From contig OZ024741.1 in the NCBI GenBank assembly GCA_964016885.1, forward strand, positions 258,168,001 to 258,232,000: a DNA stretch of 64,000 nucleotides. Reading direction: 5' to 3'. This DNA comes from Eledone cirrhosa. Its lineage: Eukaryota. Both the position numbers and the translations under genes were made by a program. Positions 12,301-24,480 of this stretch are shown piece after piece (the stretch's first letter is position 1; every line of letters begins with the position of its first letter). The notes beneath the pieces are model-generated. The model did not search any database. It was not told the origin of the DNA and was given only the letters and a program-made list of their open reading frames with translations.

Positions 12301-15300
12301 GTGTTCCGACTTACGAGTGTTTCGGCTCACGAGTGTTTCGGCTTACGAGTGTTTCGACTTACGAAAATAACAAATAGACGCGGTTTCAAATCTCTATGCT
12401 TTTCAAATTCATTACATTAATCTTTATTCATATGTTTCGCTTTACGAGTGTTTCGACTTACGAGTGTTTCGACTTACGAGTGTTTCGGCTTACGAGTGTT
12501 TTGACTTACGAGTGTTTTGACTTACATGTGTTTCGACTTACGCATGTTTCGACTTACGAGTGTTTCGACTTACGAGTGTTTTGACTTACGGATGTTTTGA
12601 CTTACGGGTGTTTCGGCTTACGAGTGTTTCGACTTACGAGTGTTTCGACTTACGAGTGTTTTGACTTACGAATGTTTTGACTTACGGTGTTTCGGCTTAC
12701 GAGTGTTTCGACTTACGAGTGTTTTGACTTACGGGTGTTTTGACATACGAGTGTTTCGATACGAGTGTTCTGACTTACGAGTGTTCTGACTTACGAGTGT
12801 TCTGACTTACGAGTGTTCTGACTTACGAGTGTTCTGACATACGTGTGTTCTGACTTACGAGTGTTCCGATTTACGAGTGTTTCGCCATATGAGTGTTTCG
12901 ACTTACGAATGTTTTTGCTTACGGGTGTTTCGACTTACGAATGTTTTTGCTTACGAGTGTTTCGGCTTACGAGTGTTTCGACTTACGAAAATAACAAATA
13001 GACGCGGTTTCAAATCTCTGCTTTTCAAATTCATTACATTAATCTTTATTTACACGTTTCGCTTTACGAGTGTTTCGACTTACGAGTGTTTCGACTTACG
13101 AGTGTTTCGACTTACGAGTGTTTCGACTTACGAGTGTTTCGACTTACGAGTGTTCTGAATAACGAGTGTTCTGACTTACGAGTGTTTCGACTTACGAGTG
13201 TTCTGACTTAGGAGTGTTCTGACTTACGAGTGTTCCGACTTACGAGTGTTTCGACTTACGAGTGTTTCGACTTACGAGTGTTTCGACTTACGAGTGTTTC
13301 GGCTTACGAGTGTTTTGACTTACGAGTGTTCTGACTACGAGTGTTCTGACTTACGAGTGTTTCGGCTTATGAGTGTTTCGACTTACGAGTGTTTCGGCTT
13401 ATGAGTGTTTCGACTTACGAGTGTTTCGGCTTACGAGTGTTTCGACTTACGAGTGTTTCGACTTACGAGTGTTTCGGCTTACGAGTGTTTCGACATACGG
13501 GTGTTTCGACTTACGGTGTTTCGGCTTACGAGTGTTTCGACTTACGAGTGTTCTGACTTACGAGTGTTCTGACTTATGAGTGTTCTGACTTACGAGTGTT
13601 CTGACTTACGAGTGTTCCGACTTACGAGTGTTTCGGCTTACGAGTGTTTCGGCTTACGAGTGTTTCGACTTACGAGTGTTCTGACTTACGAGTGTTCTGA
13701 CTTATGAGTGTTCTGACTTACGAGTGTTCTGACTTACGAGTGTTTCGACTTACGAGTGTTTCGACTTACGAGTGTTTTGACTTACTGGTGTTTTGACATA
13801 CGAGTGTTTCGATACGAGTGTTTCGACTTACGAGTGTTCTGACTTACGAGTGTTCTAACTTACGAGTGTTCTGACTTACGAGTGTTCTGACTTACGAGTG
13901 TTCCGACTTACGAGTGTTTCGACTCACGAGTGTTTCGGCTTACGAGTGTTTCGACTTACGAAAATAACAAATAGACGCGGTTTCAAATCTCTATGCTTTT
14001 CAAATTCATTACATTAATCTTTATTTATACGTTTTGCTTTACGAGTGTTTCGACTTACGAGTGTTTCGACTTACGAGTGTTTCGGCTTACGAGTGTTTCG
14101 ACTTACGAGTGTTTCGACTTACGAGTGTTTTGACTTACTGGTGTTTTGACATACGAGTGTTTCGATACGAGTGTTTCGACTTACGAGTGTTCTGACTTAC
14201 GAGTGTTCTGACTTACGAGTGTTTCGACTTACGAGTGTTCTGACTTACGAGTGTTCTGACTTACGAATGTTCCGACTTACGAGTGTTTCGACTTACGAGT
14301 GTTTTGACTTACGAGTGTTTCGACTTACGAGTGTTTCGGCTTACGAGTGTTTTGACTTACGAGTGTTCTGACTACGAGTGTTCTGACTTACGAGTGTTTC
14401 GGCTTATGAGTGTTTCGACTTACGAGTGTTTCGGCTTATGAGTGTTTCGACTTACGAGTGTTTCGGCTTACGAGTGTTTCGACTTACGAGTGTTTCGACT
14501 TACGAGTGTTTCGACTTACGGGTGTTTCGACTTACGAGTGTTTCGACTACGAGTGTTTCGACTTACGAGTGTTTCGACTTACGAGTGTTTCGACATACGG
14601 GTGTTTCGACTTACGGTGTTTCGGCTTACGAGTGTTTCGATACGAGTGTTCTGACTTACGAGTGTTCTGACTTACTAGTGTTCTGACTTACGAGTGTTCT
14701 GACTTACGAGTGTTTCGGTGTACGAGTGTTTCGACTTAAGGATGTTTCGACTTACGAGTGTTTCGACTTACGAGCGTTTCGACTTACGAGTGTTTCGACT
14801 TACGAGTGTTTTGGCTTACGAATGTTTTGACTTACGGGTGTTTCGACTTACGGGTGTTTCGGCTTACGAGTGTTTCGACTTACGAGTGTTTTGACTTACG
14901 AGTGTTCTGACTTACGAGTGTTCTGACTTATGAGTGTTCCGACTTACGAGTGTTCCGACTTACGAGTGTTTCGGCTTACGAGTGTTTCGGCTTACGAGTG
15001 TTTTGACTTACGAGTGTTCTGACTACGAGTGTTCTGACTTACGGGTGTTCTGACTTACGAGTGTTCCGACTTACGAGTGTTTCGGCTTATGAGTGTTTCG
15101 ACTTACGGGCGTTTCGACTTACGGGTGTTTCGACTTACGAGTGTTTTGACTTACGAGTGTTCTGACTTACAAGTGTTCTGACTTACGAGTGTTCCGACTT
15201 ACGACTGTTTCGACTTACGAGTGTTTTGACTTACGAGTATTCCGACTTACGAGTGTTTCGGCTTACGGGTGTTTCGACGTACGAGTATTTTTGGCTTCCG

Positions 15301-18300
15301 AGTGTTTCGACTTACGAGTGTTTTGAATTACGATTGTTTCGGCTTACGAGTGTTTCGACTTACGAGTATTTCGACTTACGAGTGTTTTGACTTATGGGTG
15401 TTTTGACATACGAGTGTTTCGATACGAATGCTCTGACTTACGAGTGTTCTGACTTACGAGTGTTCTGACTTACGAGTGTTCTGACTTACGGGTGTTCTGA
15501 CTTACGTGTGTTCCGACTTACGAGTGTTTCGGCTATGGGTGTTTCGACTTACGAGTGTTTCGACTTACGAATATTTTGGCTTACGAGTGTTTCGGCTTAC
15601 GAGTGTTTCGACTTACGAATGTTTTGGCTTACGAGTGTTTCGGCTTACGGGTGTTTCGACTTACGAGTGTTTCGACTTACGAGTGTTTTGACTTACGGTG
15701 TTTCGGCTTACGAGTTATTCGACATACGAGTGTTTCGACACACGAGTGTTTTGACTTACGGGGGTTTCGACTTACGGGTGTTTCGACTTACGAGTGTTTC
15801 GGCTTACGAGTGTTTCGACTTACTAATGTTTTTACTTACGAGTGTTTCGGTGTACGAGTGTTTCGACATAAGGATGTTTCGACTTACGAGTGTTTCGACT
15901 TACGAGTGTTTCGGCTTACGGTGTTTCGGCTTACGAGTTATTCGACTTACGAATGTTTTGACTTACGGGTGTTTTGGCTTGCGAGTGTTTCGACTTACGA
16001 GTGTTTCGGCTTATGAGTTTCGACTTACTAATGTTTTTACTTAAGAGTGTTTCGGCGTACGAGTGTTTTGACTTACCAGTGTTTTGACTTACGAATGTTT
16101 TGACTTACGGGTGTTTCGGCTTACGAGTCTTTCGACTTACGAGTGTTTCGGCTGGCAAGTGTTTCGACTTACGAGTGTTTTGACTTACGAGTGTTTCGAC
16201 TTACGAGTGTTTTGACTTACGAGTGTTTCGACTTACGAGTGTTTTGACTTAAGGGTGTTTCGACTTACGAGTGTTTGGATACGAGTGTTTCGACTTACGA
16301 GTGTTTTGGCTTACGGTGTTTCGACTTACGAGTGTTTCGGCTTACGAGTGTTTTGACTTAAGGGTGTTTCGACTTACGAGTGTTTCGATACGAGTGTTTC
16401 GATTTACGAGTGTTTCGGCTTACGAGTGTTTCGACTTACGAGTGTTTCGACTTACGAGTGTTCTGATTTACGGATGTTTCGACATACGAGTGTTTCGATT
16501 TACGAGTGTTTCGACTTACGAGTGTTTTGACTTACGGGTGTTTTGACATACGAGTGTTTCGATACGAGTGTTTCGACTTACGAGTGTTCTGACTTACGAT
16601 TGTTCTGACTTACGAGCGTTCTGACTTACGAGTGTTTCGGCTTACAAGTGATTCGACTTACGAATGTTTTGACTTACGGGTGTTTCGGCTTGCGAGTGTT
16701 TCGACTTACGAGTGTTTTTGCTTGCGAGTGTTTCGACTTACTAATAATTTTACTTACGAGTGTTTCGGCGTACGAGTGTTTCGACTTACGAGTGTTTCGA
16801 CTTACGGGTGTTTTGACTTACGGGTGTTTCGGCTTACGAGTGTTTCGACTTACGAGTGTTTTAACTAAAGGGTGTTTCGACTTACGAGTGTTTCGACTTA
16901 CGAGTGTTTCGACTTACGAGTGTTTCGTATTACGAGTGTTTTGACTTGAGGGTTTTCGACTTACGAGTGTTTCGATACGAGTGTTTCGACTTACGAGTGT
17001 TCTGACTTACGAGTGTTCTGACTTACAAGTGTTCTTACTTACGAGTGTTCCGACTTACGAGTGTTCCGACTTACGAGTGTTTCGGCTTACGAGTGTTTCG
17101 GCTTACGAGTGTTTCGACTTACGAGTGTTCCGACTTACGGGTGTTTCGACTTACGAGTGTTTTGGCTTACGGTGTTTCGGCTTACGAGTGTTTCGAGTTA
17201 CGAGAGTTTTGACTTACGCGTGTTTTGACATACGAGTGTTTCGATACGAGTGTTCTGACTTACGAGTGTTCTGACTTACGAGTGTTCTGAGTTACGAGTG
17301 TTCTGACTTACGAGTGTTCCGACTTTACGAGTGTTTCGGCTCACGAGTGTTTCGGCTTACGAGTGTTTCGACTTAATAATGTTTTTACTTACGAGTGTTT
17401 CGGCGTACGAGTGTTTCGACTTACGAGTGTATCGACTTACGGGTGTTTTGACTTACGGGTGTTTCGGCTTACGAGTGTTTTGACTTAAGGGTGTTTCGAC
17501 TTACGAGTATTTTTGGCTTACGAGTGTTTCGACTTACGAGTGTTTTGACTTACGAGTGTTCTGATTTACGGATGTTTCGACATACGAGTGTTCAGATTTA
17601 CGAGTGGTCCGACTTACGAGTGTTTCGACTTACGAGTGTTTCGACTTACGAGTGTTTTGACTTACGGTGTTTCGGCTTACGAGTGTTTCGACTTACGAGT
17701 GTTTTGACTTACTGGTGTTTTGACATACGAGTGTTTCGATACGAGTGTTTCGACTTACGAGTGTTCTGACTTACGAGTGTTCTAACTTACGAGTGTTCTG
17801 ACTTACGAGTGTTCTGACTTACGAGTGTTCCGACTTACGAGTGTTTCGGCTCACGAGTGTTTCGGCTTACGAGTGTTTCGACTTACGAAAATAACAAATA
17901 GACGCGGTTTCAAATCTCTATGCTTTTCAAATTCATTACATTAATCTTTATTCATATGTTTCGCTTTACGAGTGTTTCGACTTACGAGTGTTTCGACTTA
18001 CGAGTGTTTCGGCTTACGAGTGTTTTGACTTACGAGTGTTTTGACTTACATGTGTTTCGACTTACGCATGTTTCGACTTACGAGTGTTTCGACTTACGAG
18101 TGTTTTGACTTACGGATGTTTTGACTTACGGGTGTTTCGGCTTACGAGTGTTTCGACTTACGAGTGTTTCGACTTACGAGTGTTTTGACTTACGAATGTT
18201 TTGACTTACGGTGTTTCGGCTTACGAGTGTTTCGACTTACGAGTGTTTTGACTTACGGGTGTTTTGACATACGAGTGTTTCGATACGAGTGTTCTGACTT

Positions 18301-21300
18301 ACGAGTGTTCTGACTTACGAGTGTTCTGACTTACGAGTGTTCTGACTTACGAGTGTTCTGACATACGTGTGTTCTGACTTACGAGTGTTCCGATTTACGA
18401 GTGTTTCGCCATATGAGTGTTTCGACTTACGAATGTTTTTGCTTACGAGTGTTTCGGCTTACGAGTGTTTCGACTTACGAAAATAACAAATAGACGCGGT
18501 TTCAAATCTCTGCTTTTCAAATTCATTACATTAATCTTTATTTACACGTTTCGCTTTACGAGTGTTTCGACTTACGAGTGTTTCGACTTACGAGTGTTTC
18601 GACTTACGAGTGTTTCGACTTACGAGTGTTTCGACTTACGAGTGTTCTGAATAACGAGTGTTCTGACTTACGAGTGTTTCGACTTACGAGTGTTCTGACT
18701 TAGGAGTGTTCTGACTTACGAGTGTTCCGACTTACGAGTGTTTCGACTTACGAGTGTTTCGACTTACGAGTGTTTCGACTTACGAGTGTTTCGGCTTACG
18801 AGTGTTTTGACTTACGAGTGTTCTGACTACGAGTGTTCTGACTTACGAGTGTTTCGGCTTATGAGTGTTTCGACTTACGAGTGTTTCGGCTTATGAGTGT
18901 TTCGACTTACGAGTGTTTCGGCTTACGAGTGTTTCGACTTACGAGTGTTTCGACTTACGAGTGTTTCGGCTTACGAGTGTTTCGACATACGGGTGTTTCG
19001 ACTTACGGTGTTTCGGCTTACGAGTGTTTCGACTTACGAGTGTTCTGACTTACGAGTGTTCTGACTTATGAGTGTTCTGACTTACGAGTGTTCTGACTTA
19101 CGAGTGTTCCGACTTACGAGTGTTTCGGCTTACGAGTGTTTCGGCTTACGAGTGTTTCGACTTACGAGTGTTCTGACTTACGAGTGTTCTGACTTATGAG
19201 TGTTCTGACTTACGAGTGTTCTGACTTACGAGTGTTTCGACTTACGAGTGTTTCGACTTACGAGTGTTTTGACTTACTGGTGTTTTGACATACGAGTGTT
19301 TCGATACGAGTGTTTCGACTTACGAGTGTTCTGACTTACGAGTGTTCTAACTTACGAGTGATCTGACTTACGAGTGTTCTGACTTACGATTGTTCCGACT
19401 TACGAGTGTTTCGACTCACGAGTGTTTCGGCTTACGAGTGTTTCGACTTACGAAAATAACAAATAGACGCGGTTTCAAATCTCTATGCTTTTCAAATTCA
19501 TTACATTAATCTTTATTTATACGTTTCGCTTTACGAGTGTTTCGACTTACGAGTGTTTCGACTTACGAGTGTTTCGGCTTACGAGTGTTTCGACTTACGA
19601 GTGTTTCGACTTACGAGTGTTTTGACTTACTGGTGTTTTGACATACGAGTGTTTCGATACGAGTGTTTCGACTTACGAGTGTTCTGACTTACGAGTGTTC
19701 TGACTTACGAGTGTTTCGACTTACGAGTGTTCTGACTTAGGAGTGTTCTGACTTACGAATGTTCCGACTTACGAGTGTTTCGACTTACGAGTGTTTTGAC
19801 TTACGAGTGTTTCGACTTACGAGTGTTTTGACTTACGAGTGTTCTGACTACGAGTGTTCTGACTTACGAGTGTTTCGGCTTATGAGTGTTTCGACTTACG
19901 AGTGTTTCGGCTTATGAGTGTTTCGACTTACGAGTGTTTCGGCTTACGAGTGTTTCGACTTACGAGTGTTTCGACTTACGAGTGTTTCGATTTACGGGTG
20001 TTTCGACTTACGAGTGTTTCGACTACGAGTGTTTCGACTTACGAGTGTTTCGACTTACGAGTGTTTCGACATACGGGTGTTTCGACTTACGGTGTTTCGG
20101 CTTACGAGTGTTTCGATACGAGTGTTCTGACTTACGAGTGTTCTGACTTACTAGTGTTCTGACTTACGAGTGTTCTGACTTACGAGTGTTTCGGTGTACG
20201 AGTGTTTCGACTTAAGGATGTTTCGACTTACGAGTGTTTCGACTTACGAGCGTTTCGACTTACGAGTGTTTCGACTTACGAGTGTTTTGGCTTACGAATG
20301 TTTTGACTTACGGGTGTTTCGACTTACGGGTGTTTCGGCTTACGAGTGTTTCGACTTACGAGTGTTTTGACTTACGAGTGTTCTGACTTACGAGTGTTCT
20401 GACTTATGAGTGTTCCGACTTACGAGTGTTCCGACTTACGAGTGTTTCGGCTTACGAGTGTTTCGGCTTACGAGTGTTTTGACTTACGAGTGTTCTGACT
20501 ACGAGTGTTCTGACTTACGGGTGTTCTGACTTACGAGTGTTCCGACTTACGAGTGTTTCGGCTTATGAGTGTTTCGACTTACGGGCGTTTCGACTTACGG
20601 GTGTTTCGACTTACGAGTGTTTCGACTTACGAGTGTTCCGACTTACGACTGTTTCGACTTACGAGTGTTTTGACTTACGAGTATTCCGACTTACGAGTGT
20701 TTCGGCTTACGGGTGTTTCGACGTACGAGTATTTTTGGCTTACGAGTGTTTCGACTTACGAGTGTTTTGAATTACGATTGTTTCGGCTTACGAGTGTTTC
20801 GACTTACGAGTATTTCGACTTACGAGTGTTTTGACTTATGGGTGTTTTGACATACGAGTGTTTCGATACGAATGCTCTGACTTACGAGTGTTCTGACTTA
20901 CGAGTGTTCTGACTTACGAGTGTTCTGACTTACGGGTGTTCTGACTTACGTGTGTTCCGACTTACGAGTGTTTCGGCTATGGGTGTTTCGACTTACGAGT
21001 GTTTCGACTTACGAATATTTTGGCTTACGAGTGTTTCGGCTTACGAGTGTTTCGACTTACGAATGTTTTGGCTTACGAGTGTTTCGGCTTACGGGTGTTT
21101 CGACTTACGAGTGTTTCGACTTACGAGTGTTTTGACTTACGGTGTTTCGGCTTACGAGTTATTCGACATACGAGTGTTTCGACACACGAGTGTTTTGACT
21201 TACGGGGGTTTCGACTTACGGGTGTTTCGACTTACGAGTGTTTCGGCTTACGAGTGTTTCGACTTACTAATGTTTTTACTTACGAGTGTTTCGGTGTACG

Positions 21301-21560
21301 AGTGTTTCGACTTAAGGATGTTTCGACTTACGAGTGTTTCGACTTACGAGTGTTTCGGCTTACGGTGTTTCGGCTTACGAGTTATTCGACTTACGAATGT
21401 TTTGACTTACGGGTGTTTTGGCTTGCGAGTGTTTCGACTTACGAGTGTTTCGGCCTATGAGTGTTTCGACTTACTAATGTTTTTACTTAAGAGTGTTTCG
21501 GCGTACGAGTGTTTTGACTTACGAGTGTTTCGACTTACGAGTGTTTTGACTTACGAATGT
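6310..21560 (+). repeat. Higher-order repeat, about 5.5-kb unit, about 2.7 copies (about 6310-11820, 11821-17345, partial 17345-21560)
   Basis: ORF offsets of 5,510 (6457/11967), 5,526 (7847/13373, 8645/14171, 9980/15506), 5,524 (10747/16271, 11967/17491) and 5,492 (13373/18865). The insert triplet C-B-A recurs at 6854/7478/8435, 12364/12988/13961 and 17888/18480/19453. Confidence 0.88.
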
Positions 21561-21669
21561 TTTGACTTACATGTGTTTCGACTTACGCATGTTTCGACTT
21601 ACGAGTGTTTCGACTTACGAGTGTTTTGACTTACGGATGTTTTGACTTACGGGTGTTTCGGCTTACGAG

Positions 21670-24480
21670 TGTTTCGACTTACGAGTGTTTCGACTTACGA
21701 GTGTTTTGACTTACGAATGTTTTGACTTACGGTGTTTCGGCTTACGAGTGTTTCGACTTACGAGTGTTTTGACTTACGGGTGTTTTGACATACGAGTGTT
21801 TCGATACGAGTGTTCTGACTTACGAGTGTTCTGACTTACGAGTGTTCTGACTTACGAGTGTTCTGACTTACGAGTGTTCTGACATACGTGTGTTCTGACT
21901 TACGAGTGTTCCGATTTACGAGTGTTTCGCCATATGAGTGTTTCGACTTACGAATGTTTTTGCTTACGGGTGTTTCGACTTACGAATGTTTTTGCTTACG
22001 AGTGTTTCGGCTTACGAGTGTTTCGACTTACGAAAATAACAAATAGACGCGGTTTCAAATCTCTGCTTTTCAAATTCATTACATTAATCTTTATTTACAC
22101 GTTTCGCTTTACGAGTGTTTCGACTTACGAGTGTTTCGACTTACGAGTGTTTCGACTTACGAGTGTTTCGACTTACGAGTGTTTCGACTTACGAGTGTTC
22201 TGAATAACGAGTGTTCTGACTTACGAGTGTTTCGACTTACGAGTGTTCTGACTTAGGAGTGTTCTGACTTACGAGTGTTCCGACTTACGAGTGTTTCGAC
22301 TTACGAGTGTTTCGACTTACGAGTGTTTCGACTTACGAGTGTTTCGGCTTACGAGTGTTTTGACTTACGAGTGTTCTGACTACGAGTGTTCTGACTTACG
22401 AGTGTTTCGGCTTATGAGTGTTTCGACTTACGAGTGTTTCGGCTTATGAGTGTTTCGACTTACGAGTGTTTCGGCTTACGAGTGTTTCGACTTACGAGTG
22501 TTTCGACTTACGAGTGTTTCGGCTTACGAGTGTTTCGACATACGGGTGTTTCGACTTACGGTGTTTCGGCTTACGAGTGTTTCGACTTACGAGTGTTCTG
22601 ACTTACGAGTGTTCTGACTTATGAGTGTTCTGACTTACGAGTGTTCTGACTTACGAGTGTTCCGACTTACGAGTGTTTCGGCTTACGAGTGTTTCGGCTT
22701 ACGAGTGTTTCGACTTACGAGTGTTCTGACTTACGAGTGTTCTGACTTATGAGTGTTCTGACTTACGAGTGTTCTGACTTACGAGTGTTTCGACTTACGA
22801 GTGTTTCGACTTACGAGTGTTTTGACTTACTGGTGTTTTGACATACGAGTGTTTCGATACGAGTGTTTCGACTTACGAGTGTTCTGACTTACGAGTGTTC
22901 TAACTTACGAGTGTTCTGACTTACGAGTGTTCTGACTTACGATTGTTCCGACTTACGAGTGTTTCGACTCACGAGTGTTTCGGCTTACGAGTGTTTCGAC
23001 TTACGAAAATAACAAATAGACGCGGTTTCAAATCTCTATGCTTTTCAAATTCATTACATTAATCTTTATTTATACGTTTCGCTTTACGAGTGTTTCGACT
23101 TACGAGTGTTTCGACTTACGAGTGTTTCGGCTTACGAGTGTTTCGACTTACGAGTGTTTCGACTTACGAGTGTTTTGACTTACGAATGTTTTGACTTACG
23201 GTGTTTCGGCTTACGAGTGTTTCGACTTACGAGTGTTTTGACTTACGGGTGTTTTGACATACGAGTGTTTCGATACGAGTGTTCTGACTTACGAGTGTTC
23301 TGACTTACGAGTGTTCTGACTTACGAGTGTTCTGACTTACGAGTGTTCTGACATACGTGTGTTCTGACTTACGAGTGTTCCGATTTACGAGTGTTTCGCC
23401 ATATGAGTGTTTCGACTTACGAATGTTTTTGCTTACGGGTGTTTCGACTTACGAATGTTTTTGCTTACGAGTGTTTCGGCTTACGAGTGTTTCGACTTAC
23501 GAAAATAACAAATAGACGCGGTTTCAAATCTCTGCTTTTCAAATTCATTACATTAATCTTTATTTACACGTTTCGCTTTACGAGTGTTTCGACTTACGAG
23601 TGTTTCGACTTACGAGTGTTTCGACTTACGAGTGTTTCGACTTACGAGTGTTTCGACTTACGAGTGTTCTGAATAACGAGTGTTCTGACTTACGAGTGTT
23701 TTGACTTACGAGTGTTCTGACTACGAGTGTTCTGACTTACGAGTGTTTCGGCTTATGAGTGTTTCGACTTACGAGTGTTTCGGCTTATGAGTGTTTCGAC
23801 TTACGAGTGTTTCGGCTTACGAGTGTTTCGACTTACGAGTGTTTCGACTTACGAGTGTTTCGGCTTACGAGTGTTTCGACATACGGGTGTTTCGACTTAC
23901 GGTGTTTCGGCTTACGAGTGTTTCGACTTACGAGTGTTCTGACTTACGAGTGTTCTGACTTATGAGTGTTCTGACTTACGAGTGTTCTGACTTACGAGTG
24001 TTCCGACTTACGAGTGTTTCGGCTTACGAGTGTTTCGGCTTACGAGTGTTTCGACTTACGAGTGTTCTGACTTACGAGTGTTCTGACTTATGAGTGTTCT
24101 GACTTACGAGTGTTCTGACTTACGAGTGTTTCGACTTACGAGTGTTTCGACTTACGAGTGTTTTGACTTACTGGTGTTTTGACATACGAGTGTTTCGATA
24201 CGAGTGTTTCGACTTACGAGTGTTCTGACTTACGAGTGTTCTAACTTACGAGTGATCTGACTTACGAGTGTTCTGACTTACGATTGTTCCGACTTACGAG
24301 TGTTTCGACTCACGAGTGTTTCGGCTTACGAGTGTTTCGACTTACGAAAATAACAAATAGACGCGGTTTCAAATCTCTATGCTTTTCAAATTCATTACAT
24401 TAATCTTTATTTATACGTTTCGCTTTACGAGTGTTTCGACTTACGAGTGTTTCGACTTACGAGTGTTTCGGCTTACGAGT
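21670..24480 (+). repeat. Nested duplication of about 1.47/1.34 kb (also present at about 39220-42030)
   Basis: ORF offsets of 1,469 (21922/23391) and 1,341 (22418/23759). Insert pair B-A at 22033/23006 is repeated at 23502/24347. Confidence 0.75.

Noticed and set aside
13961-14030. 70-bp insert as an independently mobile MITE/SINE or a tRNA
   Set aside because: There are no terminal inverted repeats, target-site duplication, A/B boxes or cloverleaf. Identical flanks at all copies indicate propagation with the array.
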